Source of the DNA: an uncultured delta proteobacterium | GTDB taxonomy: Bacteria; Myxococcota_A; Polyangia; Fen-1088 | NCBI GenBank assembly: GCA_963737265.1 | Contig: CAVTRY010000010.1 | Location: forward strand, 1 to 64,000 | Length of the DNA: 64,000 bases | Direction of reading: 5' to 3' | Shown: positions 43,755-56,726 of the stretch, piece by piece | How positions within the stretch are numbered: the first letter of the stretch is position 1 | Layout: every line of letters begins with the position of its first letter | The notes under the pieces: generated by a model | The model's database searches: none | Told to the model about the DNA's origin: nothing | The model's input: the letters and a program-made list of their open reading frames with translations, nothing else | Program-made: the position numbers and the translations under genes

Positions 43755-44634
43755 GCTATCGCCTGCGCGGGTCGCGGCGCAGTCGCTGCGCGGGGCAATC
43801 GCCGCGCTCGTAGGGTGCGCGTGGTGCCTGGTGGTCGTCGTGCTGGTGACCCTAGCGCCGCCGGCTGGCGCCGCACCGGCGCGAGCCGGATATCCGGAAG
43901 TGATAGCCATGGCGCCAGAGAACGTCACGGAAACGAGCGCGACACTCCAAGCAGAGGTCAATCCGGAGGGCTCGGAAACGACCTGGGAAACCTATCTGGA
44001 ATGCCAGAGTTCCTCTCCGAAGGAGTCATCGCCGTGCGAACCGGTAGGCGGTGGCTCACAACGGCACGAAGGGCGCATTGCCGCCAGCTCCGGGCTCGAG
44101 GTCGTGCACGCTGAACTCGCCGGTCTTCGACCCGAATACGTCTATAGATATGCGGTCCTCGCGACTAACTCGCTGGGTAAGGAAGGCTGGGTCCAGCTGG
44201 AATTCGCGACATGCTCAACCCACGGAGTCTGCCCGGTGGGCGGGTTTCCGGGGCTCCCTTGGTGGGGCGTCGAAGATTCGATCCGCTCGGGCGAAGAAGC
44301 CCCGGAGCGCGAGGCCGCACTGGAAGCGAAGAAGAAGCACGAAGAAGAAGTGGCAGCCCACGAACGGGCCGTGCGCGAAGAGGGCGAACGCGCTGGGCGG
44401 CAAGCAGCTGAACAGGAGCACCGCGCTCGAACCGGGTGCGTCGTGCCCAGGCTCGATGGGGACAGTCTCTTGCGCGCGCGAAAGGCGTTACGCGCGGCTC
44501 ACTGCAAGCTCGGCAGGGTTACTCGACCCTCGACCCGCGGCGCCCTCGTTGTAGCTCGTCAGGGAGTTCGACCCGGGCGAAGGCTTGCGAAGGGCTCGGC
44601 GGTCCCTGTGAAGCTCGCTCGCACCTCGCGGTAG
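43735..44634 (+). CDS. Secreted protein with FN3-like and PASTA-like domains; start uncertain
   Basis: NVTETSATLQAEVNPEG, LAGLRPEYVYRYAVLATN, CVVPRLDGDSLLRARKALRAAHCKLG. Confidence 0.8.
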   Translation: MGSRITELSPARVAAQSLRGAIAALVGCAWCLVVVVLVTLAPPAGAAPARAGYPEVIAMAPENVTETSATLQAEVNPEGSETTWETYLECQSSSPKESSPCEPVGGGSQRHEGRIAASSGLEVVHAELAGLRPEYVYRYAVLATNSLGKEGWVQLEFATCSTHGVCPVGGFPGLPWWGVEDSIRSGEEAPEREAALEAKKKHEEEVAAHERAVREEGERAGRQAAEQEHRARTGCVVPRLDGDSLLRARKALRAAHCKLGRVTRPSTRGALVVARQGVRPGRRLAKGSAVPVKLARTSR

Positions 44635-45040
44635 CGATCTCGAGCTCGCCGGCCGCTATCGGCCGGGACGGGGTGGCTTTGCGTTGCTCGCGGGTCACCA
44701 GGTCACGCTTATCCTCGGAGTGCCAGCCGGCGGCACCCGAGCGCCAAGACGAGTTGGTTAACCCGCACCCGCTCCGCCGCACCGTATGTGTGGCGTGTGG
44801 CGGCCGCGACCCGGGACGCGCCACCGGCATTGGCAGTTTCGAACCACGGGACGAGTCACTGCGGGTCCAACGTGACGGTCGGACCCACCTCGCTAGCCGC
44901 CCTCGATAAGGACACTCCGGCACTTTGCCGTTCCGTGGGGAAGTGCCATTTATTGAAGGGTGATGCGGCCTCAACACGGACATAGCGGGCGGCGTTCGTG
45001 GGGCCGTATCGGAGCTCCCGCAGACCCGAACAGGAGGTGG

Positions 45041-48000
45041 ATGGTGAGGCACGGCAGAACGCTTGAACTCAGAACGACGTGGGCGAAATGGTGTGTCGTG
45101 ATGCTGGGCTGTGCGTGCATCGTCGCCGTGTCGGCAGGGGTTGCGCCGACCATGGGTCAGCAGACTCAGACAGCCCTTGGTCGCAGCGGGCTCCTATCGC
45201 GGGCACGTGCCCGTCTAGCACGGCGTTCTCACTTGCTGGTCACTTCGCCGCCATCATCGAGCGCTACCAACGAACGCGATACGAGGGTGCTCGACGCCTT
45301 CACGCAAGGGACGGGAGTGCAAGAACGCGCTTCGACCGAGATCGCAGGTTCGGTGCTGGCAGGCAGCTCGGCGCCGTCGCTCGTGCGTGGGCAAGCGACG
45401 AAGTCAAACAGCACTGGGCCACCTCCCCCCTCGATGTCGCTCGCGCTGCCCTTTGCGTCCGCGAGTCCACCGACCCCCAAGGAGCGCGAAGACGAGGCGC
45501 GCTCGCGCACGCGATTCGAGCATATGAGCGCCGGTGAGGCGACCGCGCTCGCAGAGCGAGACTTCCAGGTCCAAGATCCGAGCTGGCGGCCACCCGGCTC
45601 AGAACCGGGATCTCGCGTGACGCGGTACCTCACCGGCTACACGGCGGAGGAAGAACGCCCTGGCAACAGGCATGTCCTCGTCCAGTCGACGGTGCCGCTC
45701 GAGACGACTAAGGCCGATGGGCAACGCGCCCCCGTCTCCCTGTCGCTCGAGGAATCGGCCGAAGGCTACGTTCCGACCAATCCGTTGGTGCCGGTATCCA
45801 TTCCGAAGCACCTCGCCGCCGGCGCGGCGGTGGCCGGCGGTTTACGCTTCACGCCCGCCAACGTCCCAAGTAGCGCCGCTGCCGGCGTCCATGTTGGCGA
45901 TGCGCTGCTCTATCCCAACAGCGCTACCGATACCGACTTCATGCTCGAACCCGTCCCATATGGCCTCGAGGCGTCGTGGGAGCTTCGCTCCGAAGCCTCG
46001 CCGCAGAGCCTGCCGCTGCGCTTCACCTTGGGCTCCGGCGAGTCGATGCACATGAGCAGCCACGCAGCAGGGAGCAGTGGAAGTCTCCCTCGGCAGCAGG
46101 ACGGTCGCCCGATCGCTCCCGCCTTCGCGCACGACGCCGCCGGGCGCCAGCTCCGACCTCGTACTCGCTGAGTGGCCACACCCTTACGACCCATGTGTCG
46201 ATCGGGCAGGAAGTCCAGTTCCCGGTGCAGGTAGACCCGGTGGTAGTGGGGTACTACGGGCAGGCCAGCGGTGGATCCTGGCCGCACTGGGGCTTCTACC
46301 AAAGCTGCGGGTGCGTCTCCGGCGGCGGCAGCGGCTACGGGCTGTCGATCTCGACCGGATCGACAACCGAAGGCTTCGGCGACTGGCACGTTGAAAGCGG
46401 CAACTCGGAGGCCCTCATCACGCGCGTGGATCTGAGCGGAGCGTCGCACACGAGCGCGGCAGGCGGGCTCTACACCTACTTTGATGCCGGTACCTATCCG
46501 AGCGGCGAACACGCGATCTACAGCTACGAAAGCACCAACCCCAACGCAAGCCGTCCGGGCGCCGTTGCTACGACCGAAGAATTCGGTGGACGATCGATCG
46601 CCTTCTGCGACTATGGGGCCGGCGGATACGACGGCGGCGCGCAGCCGCTGTGTGATGAACGCTACGGCGCCGAAGGGTTTGCGTTCTATTTGGCTCATCC
46701 AGGCCAGACCTTGGTGAGTGGCACAGCGTTCTCGCAGATCGAAGACGCCGACGTGCATTACGTGCAGACCACGCCTCCGAACGAACCGCTGCTGGAAGGC
46801 CCCGAACTCGTCGGTAACAGCTGGACTCGCTTCGAAAACCCGGGTACGTGGCTCGAAGGCTCAGACGGCGGGACGGGCATCGCGGCGATGGGCGTCAACG
46901 TCGGGGCGGGGGAACGCTCGGTTAACGAACTGCCTGAACCGCCCGGGTCGAAGCCGGTGCCGGGTACTGGGACGTATAGTCCCACCTGCAACGACCCGTT
47001 CTGCCCGGAATGGGCCGGTCACGAATTCAAGATGACGGGGCTAGCGACGGGGACTTGGACGCTCGGCGCGTGGACTGAGAATGCGGTCGGGTTGGCGGCC
47101 GAGAAGTCCTACGTCGTCCATGTCGACAAGACGCCGCCGCTTATCCCGAAGCCGTCCTGGGCGGGCACGACGATTGGTGACAAGCCGACGGTGCTGACGC
47201 TCTTTGCACAGGACGGATATCTCACGCAGCCGCAGGCGGGGGTGGAGTCGATCGACGTGCTGATGGATGGTCGGGACATCTACGAAGACGTCAAGTCCAT
47301 CAGCTGCCCGCCGAACTTCAAGGAACCCGAATATCCGCCGCTTCTGCCCGCCCTTCGACGGCTCTACTGGGAAGACCGCTGCTACGCCCTGCTGGGCAAC
47401 TACACGCTCGACGGGGAAGACTTCGGCGCCGGGCCCCACACGATCACCTTGAGGGCTCGCGACTGGGTGGGGAACGTCTCGGAACGCTCTTTCACGATCA
47501 CGATCGAGCACCACGTCAACGACACGCAGTCGGTGGGACCGGGCTCGCTCAACCTGCTGAACGGCGACTACAGGCTCTCCACGGGCGACGTCTCGCTGCC
47601 TGCCGGCACCGCCACGCTCGCCGTGTCGCGCAGCTACGACTCGCGGTCGATCCAGTCGGGTCCGCTGGGTCCCGGCTGGTCGCTTGGTCTCCCCGACACC
47701 TCGGCCGGCGGGCAATGGCGCAGCCTCAAGGTGCTGCCCGAAGGCGGAATCGAAGCGACGACGACGACGGGTCAGAACGTGCTCTTCACGAAGAGCGGAA
47801 ATGGCTTCAGTTCGCCCAGCGGCTATCAGAACTACACGCTGACCGAGCCCACGACGAGCCCGGTCGTCTACCAGATCACCGACTCCGCCGGCGATTACAC
47901 GCAGTTCGAAGAGCCCGCCGGCGCAACCAGCTTCATGCCTACGAGTGTCGCGCAGTCCAGCGGCGCGGGAGGGCTGAACGCGGTCAAGTACGTGATCAAG

Positions 48001-51000
48001 GAAGGCAAGACGAGCGAGGTCTTTGGGCCCTCGCCAACGGGCGAGAATTGCGCCAGCAGCGCGCCGGAAGAATGGACCAAGACACGCACGGTCGAAGAAG
48101 AACACCGGGGTTGCCGCGCGCTCGTGCTGCACTACGCAAGCGCCACTAGCGCCAGCGGAGAAGCCAGGGGCGGATGGGGCAACTACAAGGGCCAGCTCGA
48201 AAGCGTCTCCTTCACGGGCTATGACCCCTCGTCAGGCAAGGAACGCATAACGACCACATCCGTCGCTCAATACGAATACGACGCGAAGGGTCGTCTGCGC
48301 GCCGAGTGGGATCCGCGCATCGCGTCGAGCACGGACTGCACGAACAGCTGCGAAGCGCTCAAGAGCACCTACGGCTACGACGAAGAAGGCCACCTGACGG
48401 CGCTGTCGCCGCCGGGACAGCAGCCGTGGCTGCTGAGCTATGGAGTCGCAACGAAGGCCGAAGCCGGCGAAGAAGAAAACGGAGCATGCAGTGGTGCCTC
48501 CTGCAGCGAATACGCGCGCCAGCAGCGACTGAACCACGCACGTCTCATCAGGGCCATGCGTCTGCCCGCATCAACCGCGCTGTGGGGCGGCGAAGCGCTG
48601 AGCAACACACAGGCGCCAGTCATCTCCGGCTCCCCGATCGAGGCCGTGCGCATGGGCGTCTCGAACGGCGCCTGGAGCGGTTCTCCGCACGCGTTTGCAT
48701 ACCAATGGGAACAGTGCAATGCCGCCGGCGAAGGCTGCGAACCTATCGCGGGCGCGACCAACGAGAACTACACGCCGAACGCAACGGACGTCGGTCACAC
48801 GCTGCGCGCGCAGGTGGTCGCGCTCAGTGCCGCCGGCGCCACCTCGGCCGCTAGCGGCGTGAGCCAGGTCGTGCAGGCGCCCGGCTCCCCACCGAGCGAA
48901 GCACAGCCGTTCGCCCCGCAGGAAGGCACGACCATCGAGTACGGCGTCCCGGTCGTGTCCGGCGTCAGTGGCGCGCCGCGGCCGAGTACGCAATGGGCGC
49001 CCGAAGGCTTCCTGACCTTCCGCGGCGCGTCAGGGTCGCCGCAGGCGACGAGCGTCGACTCGAACGGCGATGCGTGGGCCGTGGGCTACACACACTCGCT
49101 CAGCGGACCCGGGGTCGTGAAGGAGTACACGCCCCAAGGCCAGATCCTGCACGAAATCGGCACGAGCTTCTGCCTGCCGCAGAACGTCTCGGCCGACTTG
49201 CACGGCGACGTGTTCGTGAGCGAGGGCGTCTGTCAGCGGGTGCAGGAGTTCAACTCCGAAGGCAAGCTCGTGCGCCAATTTCCCGCGAACGGCTCGGACG
49301 GAAAGTACGTCTGGGGCACGGAGGTCGCGGCTGGACCCGAAGGGAACCTCTGGGAGACCACGATGGACGGCCACATCCTGGAGTTGAGCGAAGCCGGCGT
49401 CTACGAGCACGAATTCGCCGGTTTCGGTGCGAGCGCCGGCCAGCTCGAGGAACCGCGCGGGCTGGCTGTGGAAGCAGGCGGCAACTTCTGGGTCGCCGAC
49501 ACGGCAAACAACCGCGTCGACCAGTTCTCGTCCTCCGGGGCGTTCATCAAGGCGATCGGCTTCGGAGTGCTCGACGGGGCATCCAAGCAAGAGACATGCA
49601 CGACCGCCACCGGCTGCCAAGCGGGCCTCCCCGGCGCCGGCGAAGGACAGCTGAGCCATCCGGCGGCCGTGGCGGTGGACGCTGGTGGCCACTTCTTTGC
49701 CGCCGACGCCGGCAATGCGCGAATCGAGGAGTACTCGAGTTCCACGGACGCCTACCTTGCGAGCTACGGCGAAAAGGGCACCGGCGCGGGCCAGTTGCAG
49801 AGTCCCACGTCGGTATCGCTCGACTCCACTGGAAACATATGGGTCAACGACACCGCTACCGATGAGCTCTCAAGCTACACTGGCTCAAAGGAACCCGTCG
49901 CGCCGCCATATGCGATGGGCGCAAGGGAAGTCGAAGCGTGGGGCCAGAGCGAGGCGCCCACGCAGGCGGCGGCGATCTTCCCGCCCGATGAGCCCCAGAG
50001 CTATCCGGCAAGCGACTACAGGCGCGCGACGATCTACTACTTCGACTCCTTTGGCCGTCGCGTCGATGTCGCGGCGCCGGGCGGCGCGATCGCGACCACC
50101 GAATACGACTCCTACGACAACGTCGACAGAACCCTCACACCAGGCAACCGCCAACGCGCACTGGAAGCGGGCGCGGGATCAGCCGCGCAGGCAAAGCTCT
50201 TGGATACCGAGACCGAATACAGCGCCGACGGCAGCGAGCTACTCAGCTCGGTAGGACCACAGCACGAAGTCAAGCTGGCGAACGGGACCACTACGCAGGC
50301 TAGGGCACGTACACGCCATTTCTACGACGAAGGCGCCCCTACCGAGGAACATCGTCAAAACGGGTCCGAATCCGTGGAAGTTCCCTATCGCTTGGTCACC
50401 AAGTCGACCGAAGGTGCGCTGCTGCCAGGGGGGTCAGAAGAAGAAGTTCGGGCGATCACCGACTCCTACTCGGGCCAGAGCAACCTCGGGTGGAAGCTGC
50501 GCAAGCCGACGTCCGTCACCACAGAACCGGAACCAGGCAAGCATTCCACGCGAACGACGGTGTATAACGCCGGAACCGGTGATGTCACGGAAAGCACATC
50601 GCCCGCCGGCGCCGGTAAGCCTTCCAGCCCTCATACGGTCCAGACTGTGTATTACACCAGTGGTACTGAAGCTGCCGTATCGGCCTGCCAAAAGCGCCCT
50701 GAATGGGCGGGCTCACCGTGCCAGACACAGCCCGCTTCGCAGCCCGAAACCGTTGGACTGCCCAAGCTCCCTGTGTCAACTGTCACTTATAACCTCTGGG
50801 GCGAGCCGCTGGAATCCATGCTGGCCTCCGGCGCGAACGTCAAGACCACGACCACGATGTACGACGCAGCCGGGCGCGCGGAAGATGTCTCCGTCAGTTC
50901 GACGACCGGGCACGCTGTGGCGCCCACGACGAACAAATACAACGCACAGACGGGCGCGCTTGTCAAACAGAGCGCCGTAATCAACGGCCAAGCCGAGGCG

Positions 51001-52749
51001 ATCGAAAGCGTCTACAACTCCCTAGGGCAGTTGACAAGCTATAGCGACGCGGACCACAACGTGTCAACCTACGAATACGACATCGACGGCCGACCCACGA
51101 AGGTCTTCGATGGCAAGGGTACGCAGACATACACGTACGACCCCACGAGTGGGCTGCTAGCGACGCTTGTCGATTCTGCAGCGGGCACGTTCGCGGGCAC
51201 CTACGACGTAGAAGGTGAACTGCAGACCGAGACATACCCAAACGGGATGACAGCGAGCTACGAACGCAACGCGGTCGGACAAGCGACGCGGCTGGCTTAC
51301 GTCAAAGGGCGATCGACTTGGTATCAGGATCAAGTGAGCCTGTCGATACACGGCCAGTGGCTCAATCAACAAACCACTCAGGCTGCCGACAGCTATGCGT
51401 ACGACAGCCTGGGGCGCATGGTCGCGACCACTGAATCTCCCAATGGAAAGCCATGCGTCGCTTACTTGTATTCCTACGACGAAGAATCAGACCGCATATC
51501 CGAAACAAAGCGCGAAGGTACACCCGGCAGTTGCCCATCGCAGGGCGGCTCGACCACTACACACGCATACGACGAAGCGAATCGCTTGATAGATTCCGGC
51601 GCTGAATACGAACCGCTCGGCGCGGCGACGAAGGTGCCGGCAACGGATGCGGGAGGCCACACCCTCGAAAGCTCTTATTACGCTAGTGGTGCGCTCTACA
51701 CGGAGGCGCAGAACAGCCTCAGCAAAACCTACCAGCTTGACCCGACAGGACGTGCACGGGAAACGCTGAGTGAAGAAGTTGGAAGCAGCGCGGAAGTCAA
51801 GCATTTGGTGTCGCATTACTCGAGCTCGAATGACATGTCCGCCTGGACTGAAGAAGCACATGGCGCATTTACGCGCGACGTCGCGGGAATCGGAGGCGCG
51901 ATCTGCGCGGTCCAAACGAGCACTGAAGTGTTGCTCGAGATATCGAACCTCCACGGTGACGTCGTCGGCACCGTCTCGGACAACCAGAGCGCCGAACCCA
52001 AGCTCACAAGTGAACCGACAGCGTTTGGGGTACCAACCGCGAAGGCATCAACACCCTATAGCTGGCTAGGCTCGAGCGGGCTGAAGGTCGAATTCGAAAG
52101 CGGGGTGTCAGGCGAAGGCGGCGGTACATACATACCTCAGCTCGGCGTGAGCCTCGCGCCTTCGGAATTGAGCGGGTCGGCGTCGCAAGATCCGATCAAT
52201 GAATATCTCAGCGACCGCGAAGCCGCGCAGCCCACGGGCGCCAGGGTGACAACGATGCCTGGAGCGATCGAACCGCTACCCGTGAATCAGCAGATGGAGG
52301 ACGAATTTTGGGCGAACCCTCCGTGGGACCAGTCGCCGACGAATGAAGTCGGGGAAGGTATCTCGGTTGGCGGCGATCCGAACTTTATTTGCGAAGTCAA
52401 GGCACCAACGCCAGCTGAAGCGAAGCGGCGGCATGGTCATTTGAAGTTTCGCGGCGGTTATGTGTGCTGGGCGCTCACCGGCACCGGCGAAGAGGAGCTA
52501 GATCATATATCTGCTCTAGTGCAGGTGTGCGCTGAACGGCAGAATCCAGACGTGCCGGGCGGGTGGGAAGACGTGGGACACTGCAACCCGACGACGTGGG
52601 CCGATGCGCCCGTCGCTCCAATCGAATTCGAACACTGGTGCTATGCAGGTTCGATATACCGAGTGTGGGTTTGGGTGTACTGGTGGGGCGCGGGTCCGAT
52701 GGTGACCGACCCGGCGCAGCGGCGCAGCAGCTGGACGACGTGCCCGTAG
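45041..52749 (+). CDS. Giant secreted RHS/YD-repeat protein with Ig-like and NHL propeller inserts (~2,570 aa); frameshift(s) ~46075-46160
   Basis: AGGAGG RBS and signal peptide, DUF6531-like NLLNGDY...SRSYDS...LGPGW, many YD repeats, NHL blades (PRGLAVEAGGNFWVADTANNRV), and degenerate core NLHGDVV...YSWLG. Confidence 0.88.
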
Positions 52750-52843
52750 CCGGCGTGTTGGTATGCGTGGTACGGTCTCTCGGCAACGTCGCCGGAAAGA
52801 GTCCAGTGTTCTCACTCCCTCTAAAGGACGGGTGCTAGTTAGA

Positions 52844-53555
52844 GTGCGGTGCATCAGATGGTGGCCTGATTCTCGCCGGGAGGCGATCGCGCACTTGGCG
52901 CTTCTTTGCCTTGGCCTAGCTGTTGGGCTGGCGGGTTGCGGTGGGTCGCCAGATAACAAATCGGTGAGCACCTACACGATCGGTCGCGGACGCACCGCCG
53001 CCGCCCTCGTTTTTTGCGATGAGCCTAGAGGTCGGCGAACGCCCTATGCCAACCTGGTTGTTGGCAACGCCGCAACACGGTGTCCGACCGCGTTACATAG
53101 GGTGTTCGAGGTCTTTGATCATTGCTGACACGCGCATGGGGACGTTCAATGCGTGCTTGGACCGGTTCCGAGGTCCTAATGCGATAAGCGAGACGTGTTA
53201 CCGGGGCCTGATCCGTATCGTCTCAGTGGTGCCAGCGGACGTTCGAGCCATCCGGTTGCTGATGAGAGATGAAGAACAAATCACTACCCAAGTCATCGAT
53301 AGTCCGCTTCTTGCGCGCCAAGGGACCGCAGCGTACTTACCAAGTGGTGAGCGGCTCCAAGCCACCCGTGGCGCTGAGTACCTATGGCGTCAGCGGACAA
53401 TTGATGTCGCGCCGTGGGCTACTCGGCGTGGAGTGCACGAAACGGTAGCGCGTGCCAGACGAGTGTATGCGCCAATGCCGATAAGGACGAGGTCTGGGTT
53501 ATCGACATCTGAGAGCTTGCATCCACAATCACTCTCAGTCGATATTCAACGCTAA
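52844..53555 (+). CDS. Putative lipoprotein downstream of RHS (immunity candidate); frameshifted or decayed
   Basis: Hydrophobic stretch and lipobox LAGC in ORF 52763, apparently continued in ORF 53019. Boundaries are approximate. Confidence 0.5.
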
Positions 53556-54061
53556 TTCAACCTCGCGCCGAGCTCGACTGTCAGCGGAGCCGCGATTAGT
53601 TCGTCCTCGGAAACATGGACTCCGGCACGGTCCAACGCAGCAACGAGGCTCTTCCATGCAAGAATAGGAGGCCTACGAAGCATCGGGTCGCGCCCGAGCA
53701 TGCTGTTGATACCGTCTTCGATGTCGGGCCGCCCAACCCTGTAGTTGTGAACGTGCTCGGCACGTGTTACGCCCGGCGGCATATCGCCATCATGGTACCG
53801 ATGCCAGACCGCGGCGGGTCCCGTCCGAGCACCGCCTATGCCAAATGCAGTCTGCGCCTGTATCAGTCTTCGAGTGTCATCTTCAGCGCTCAGCCATACA
53901 CTAAGAGAGAGCTGGACGGCGTCAGCCTCGTCTGTTAGCCAAGCAGGTACCGACTCGAGACGGGATCTAACAGCGGTGTTAGTGGCCGGGTCGATCTGTG
54001 GTGCGAGCGCGACCTGCGCAAGCACACGGCGTATTCTTTGAGAGTACCTCTGCTTTGGCAT
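53552..54061 (-). CDS. Hypothetical protein
   Basis: Clean 169-aa ORF with globular composition; no motif recognised. Confidence 0.55.
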   Translation of the reverse strand: MPKQRYSQRIRRVLAQVALAPQIDPATNTAVRSRLESVPAWLTDEADAVQLSLSVWLSAEDDTRRLIQAQTAFGIGGARTGPAAVWHRYHDGDMPPGVTRAEHVHNYRVGRPDIEDGINSMLGRDPMLRRPPILAWKSLVAALDRAGVHVSEDELIAAPLTVELGARLN

Positions 54062-54391
54062 TCTGCTTATGAACAGATTCTAGTGCTGTGGGGGCAAAGC
54101 GGCCGTCCTGTGGGACCGAATACTTGACTTCCTCGGCTCAATCGCCCGATGATACCGACGAGTAGGGTCTCGCGCCATGGCAGCGGAGTGCGCAAAGCCC
54201 GCCGTCTTGGCCCTTGAGCACCCACGTATGGACGTAAAGCGGAGGTCAAGCATCGCCCCGCGGAACCGGATCCTGGGCTGTTGCCGCTCGCGTGGGCCGT
54301 CGTAGCGATAGGTCGTAATGGCGCCGGGCGGCGGCGCTGGCGGCACCAGCCGAAGGCAGCGGGAAGCGCGAAGGCCTGTTGGTCCGGAGTC

Positions 54392-54616
54392 TCATTCGCG
54401 GCGGTTCGACGGCGTCGTGGCAGCGTTGCTCGGGCAGCCCGATGCCGCAGCGCCCGCTGGAGTGGGGCTGAAACAGTCATCTAACGAGGCCCGCCTGACG
54501 ACGTTGCGGCGTATCCAGCGTCCGGCAGCGGGCAACCATCGCCAAGTGGCCCAGAAAGCCAAGGCGACTAGCGCTAGGAGAGCTACGGCTCCGACGACCT
54601 CGACGGCGATACTCAT
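54392..54616 (-). CDS. Small membrane protein
   Basis: MSIAVEVVGAVALLALVALAFWATWRW: a single TM followed by a basic segment. Confidence 0.4.
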   Translation of the reverse strand: MSIAVEVVGAVALLALVALAFWATWRWLPAAGRWIRRNVVRRASLDDCFSPTPAGAAASGCPSNAATTPSNRRE

Positions 54617-55909
54617 CGCTCCATGATGCCGCATCGCTCAGCCGGCCGGCACGCATCGGCTTCCTGCCCGCTGCTGCCCATCGAGGGTAGGCGGCGTCCA
54701 TGGCATGACGGAACGCACCGCTTGCGTACCGCTCAGCGCCGCCCATAATGCTAGCGCTACGCGTTGACACCGCGCCGCACTGATCCATAGCCTTGCGCAC
54801 CTATGAAACGCGGTGGGCGGCAGCAGGGCGCCTCCGGCGGTCGGATCGTCAGAGATGGCGATGAGGCTCGGTGGGTGGCGATTGCTGATTACGGGCGTTG
54901 CGGGGGTGCGGTCCTTGCGCCGGGCAACGAACGAGGGAAACCTGCGAAGGAGAAGCGGAACCGTGCGGCGTACTCGCTCAGCAAAACGGTGGCGCGGCAG
55001 CGCGTGGGGTCCTCGGCGGCCGGTCGGCCGGCTTAGTCGCCGTTGCGAGTCCGCTATCGCTGTACCTCTCTGCGTGGTCCTCCGGCACACACGTGATAGC
55101 TCGGGATCGGGCGGAAACGCAGGCGTAACTTGAAGCGGCACTCGCCTCCGAAGAAGGCGGCGCGTGGCTGGCGTGCCAGCTTCCAGAACAGCGCTTGAAA
55201 CGCTCGCGGAGCGAGGCTCGGCAGCGAATGCCCGGGGCGTCCTGGCTGGGGGCGACCCAAAGGTGCCGAGCCTTCAGCCAATTTGCCGCGATCCGCAAGA
55301 AGGACGGGGCGAAGAAGACCTGCGAGAAGCGACAGTGGAGGCGACCTTCGTGACGAGCTGACAGGGCGATCATGCTGTCGAGCACCGAGCCATATCGACA
55401 GGCCGCGCTCGCCTATGCCACAAGGCGCGGGCGTTGCGCTGGAGAACCAGACCGTGACGACCTACGAGCACGCACTCGCGGCGGCCCTCGAATGGGAAGT
55501 TCAGGGTGCGCCGCCGCCGGGTGTGGTGGCCGACATGAAGGCGTGGACAGCGAGCGGGCACAGGGCGCTCTTCGTCAGCGTCGAAGGCCTCCGACGACGA
55601 TGGGAAGCAGTGGTGGATCCTGTCACCCGGCTGCTCAAACTCATGCCCAAGGCTCATTTTCGTGTTTCTCAAATCCGCTGAGCCGCTATGAAGGATTCGG
55701 GAGAAGGCGCTTGACCAGAATCAAGAAGCTACAGAAGCAGCACAAGAGCGAGCTCAAGAGTGTTTTCAACGTCAGTCTGCATATCAAGCTTGCGCTCGGC
55801 GTGATAAGCGAAGCCGAACTGCGTAGGATCAGCAAATTGAGCGAAGCGCCAAAGCTTTCTCGAAGGCGCCAAGCAGCAGGTCCACACGCAGCCCGTCATC
55901 CACACCATC

Positions 55910-56395
55910 GTGACGGGCGCGGTGCATGGGGGGCCGACCTTCTCGATCACCGGCACCCGTCGCCCCTCGCCGCGCAGCAATATCTCATTAGAAGTCGAAC
56001 TCGCAAACGAAGGCGAAGCGGGGGGCATGCAACGCGAAGAAGGTGAACTCGGCGCGGCCTTGCCCCGTCGCTCGCGGCGCGCAGACCCCTTCGCTTGGCA
56101 GATCCGAACCGGCTGCGCGCCGCATGAATTCGCGATCTTCTACGGGATACTCAAGGCGAGCAGGGATACGGTGTTGGTCCGCGAGTCGGACGGCCTCGAG
56201 CGTCTCCGGCGGGCCAAGATACCCGCAAGCCTGCGCGCGGATGCGGTGCTCGCCTATATCGTGCTGCCGACAGCGCCGAGCGAACTCGTGGTGCGCAAGC
56301 CCGACGGCAAGACGATCTTCGCCGAAAAGCTCGTCGGCGTCGGGCGGGAAGTCACGGAAACCTGCGAAGGGGAAGCGGAAGGGCCGCTCTCATAG
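55910..56395 (+). pseudogene. C-terminal part of a secreted-type hypothetical protein
   Basis: Globular-looking ORF with no clear start. It ends ETCEGEAEGPLS, and this end is duplicated at 54936-54960. Confidence 0.5.
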
Positions 56396-56726
56396 CGAGG
56401 GCGTTGTGGCATGCCGCGCGTCGGTCGCATGGCTACCCTCGACGGGCCGAGCAGCAACCTCAGCGGCCCATAATCGACACAGCCAGACGCTTGGTCTGGA
56501 ACGCGACCAACACACCCGCAGTCGTGCGCAGCAAGTGCCGCAAAGCAACGCGGGGCGACAATTGGGACGACCACTAGCGGCCGCGCGAATGGGAGCAAAT
56601 GCCGGTGCTCGCCATCCCGTCGATCATTCGAGCGGGACCGCTACGCTACGGCTCGATGCCAAACCCCAGGCGTCACGGGCTACAGCCGCAGAGGGCTGGA
56701 ATTGTGACGTGGAGGTCCGTTCTCGT

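Noticed and set aside
44635-45040. Riboswitch or ncRNA upstream of the RHS gene
   Set aside because: Only short inverted repeats (GGGTCC/GGACCC, GGCACTT/AAGTGCC) were seen, with no recognisable aptamer consensus.
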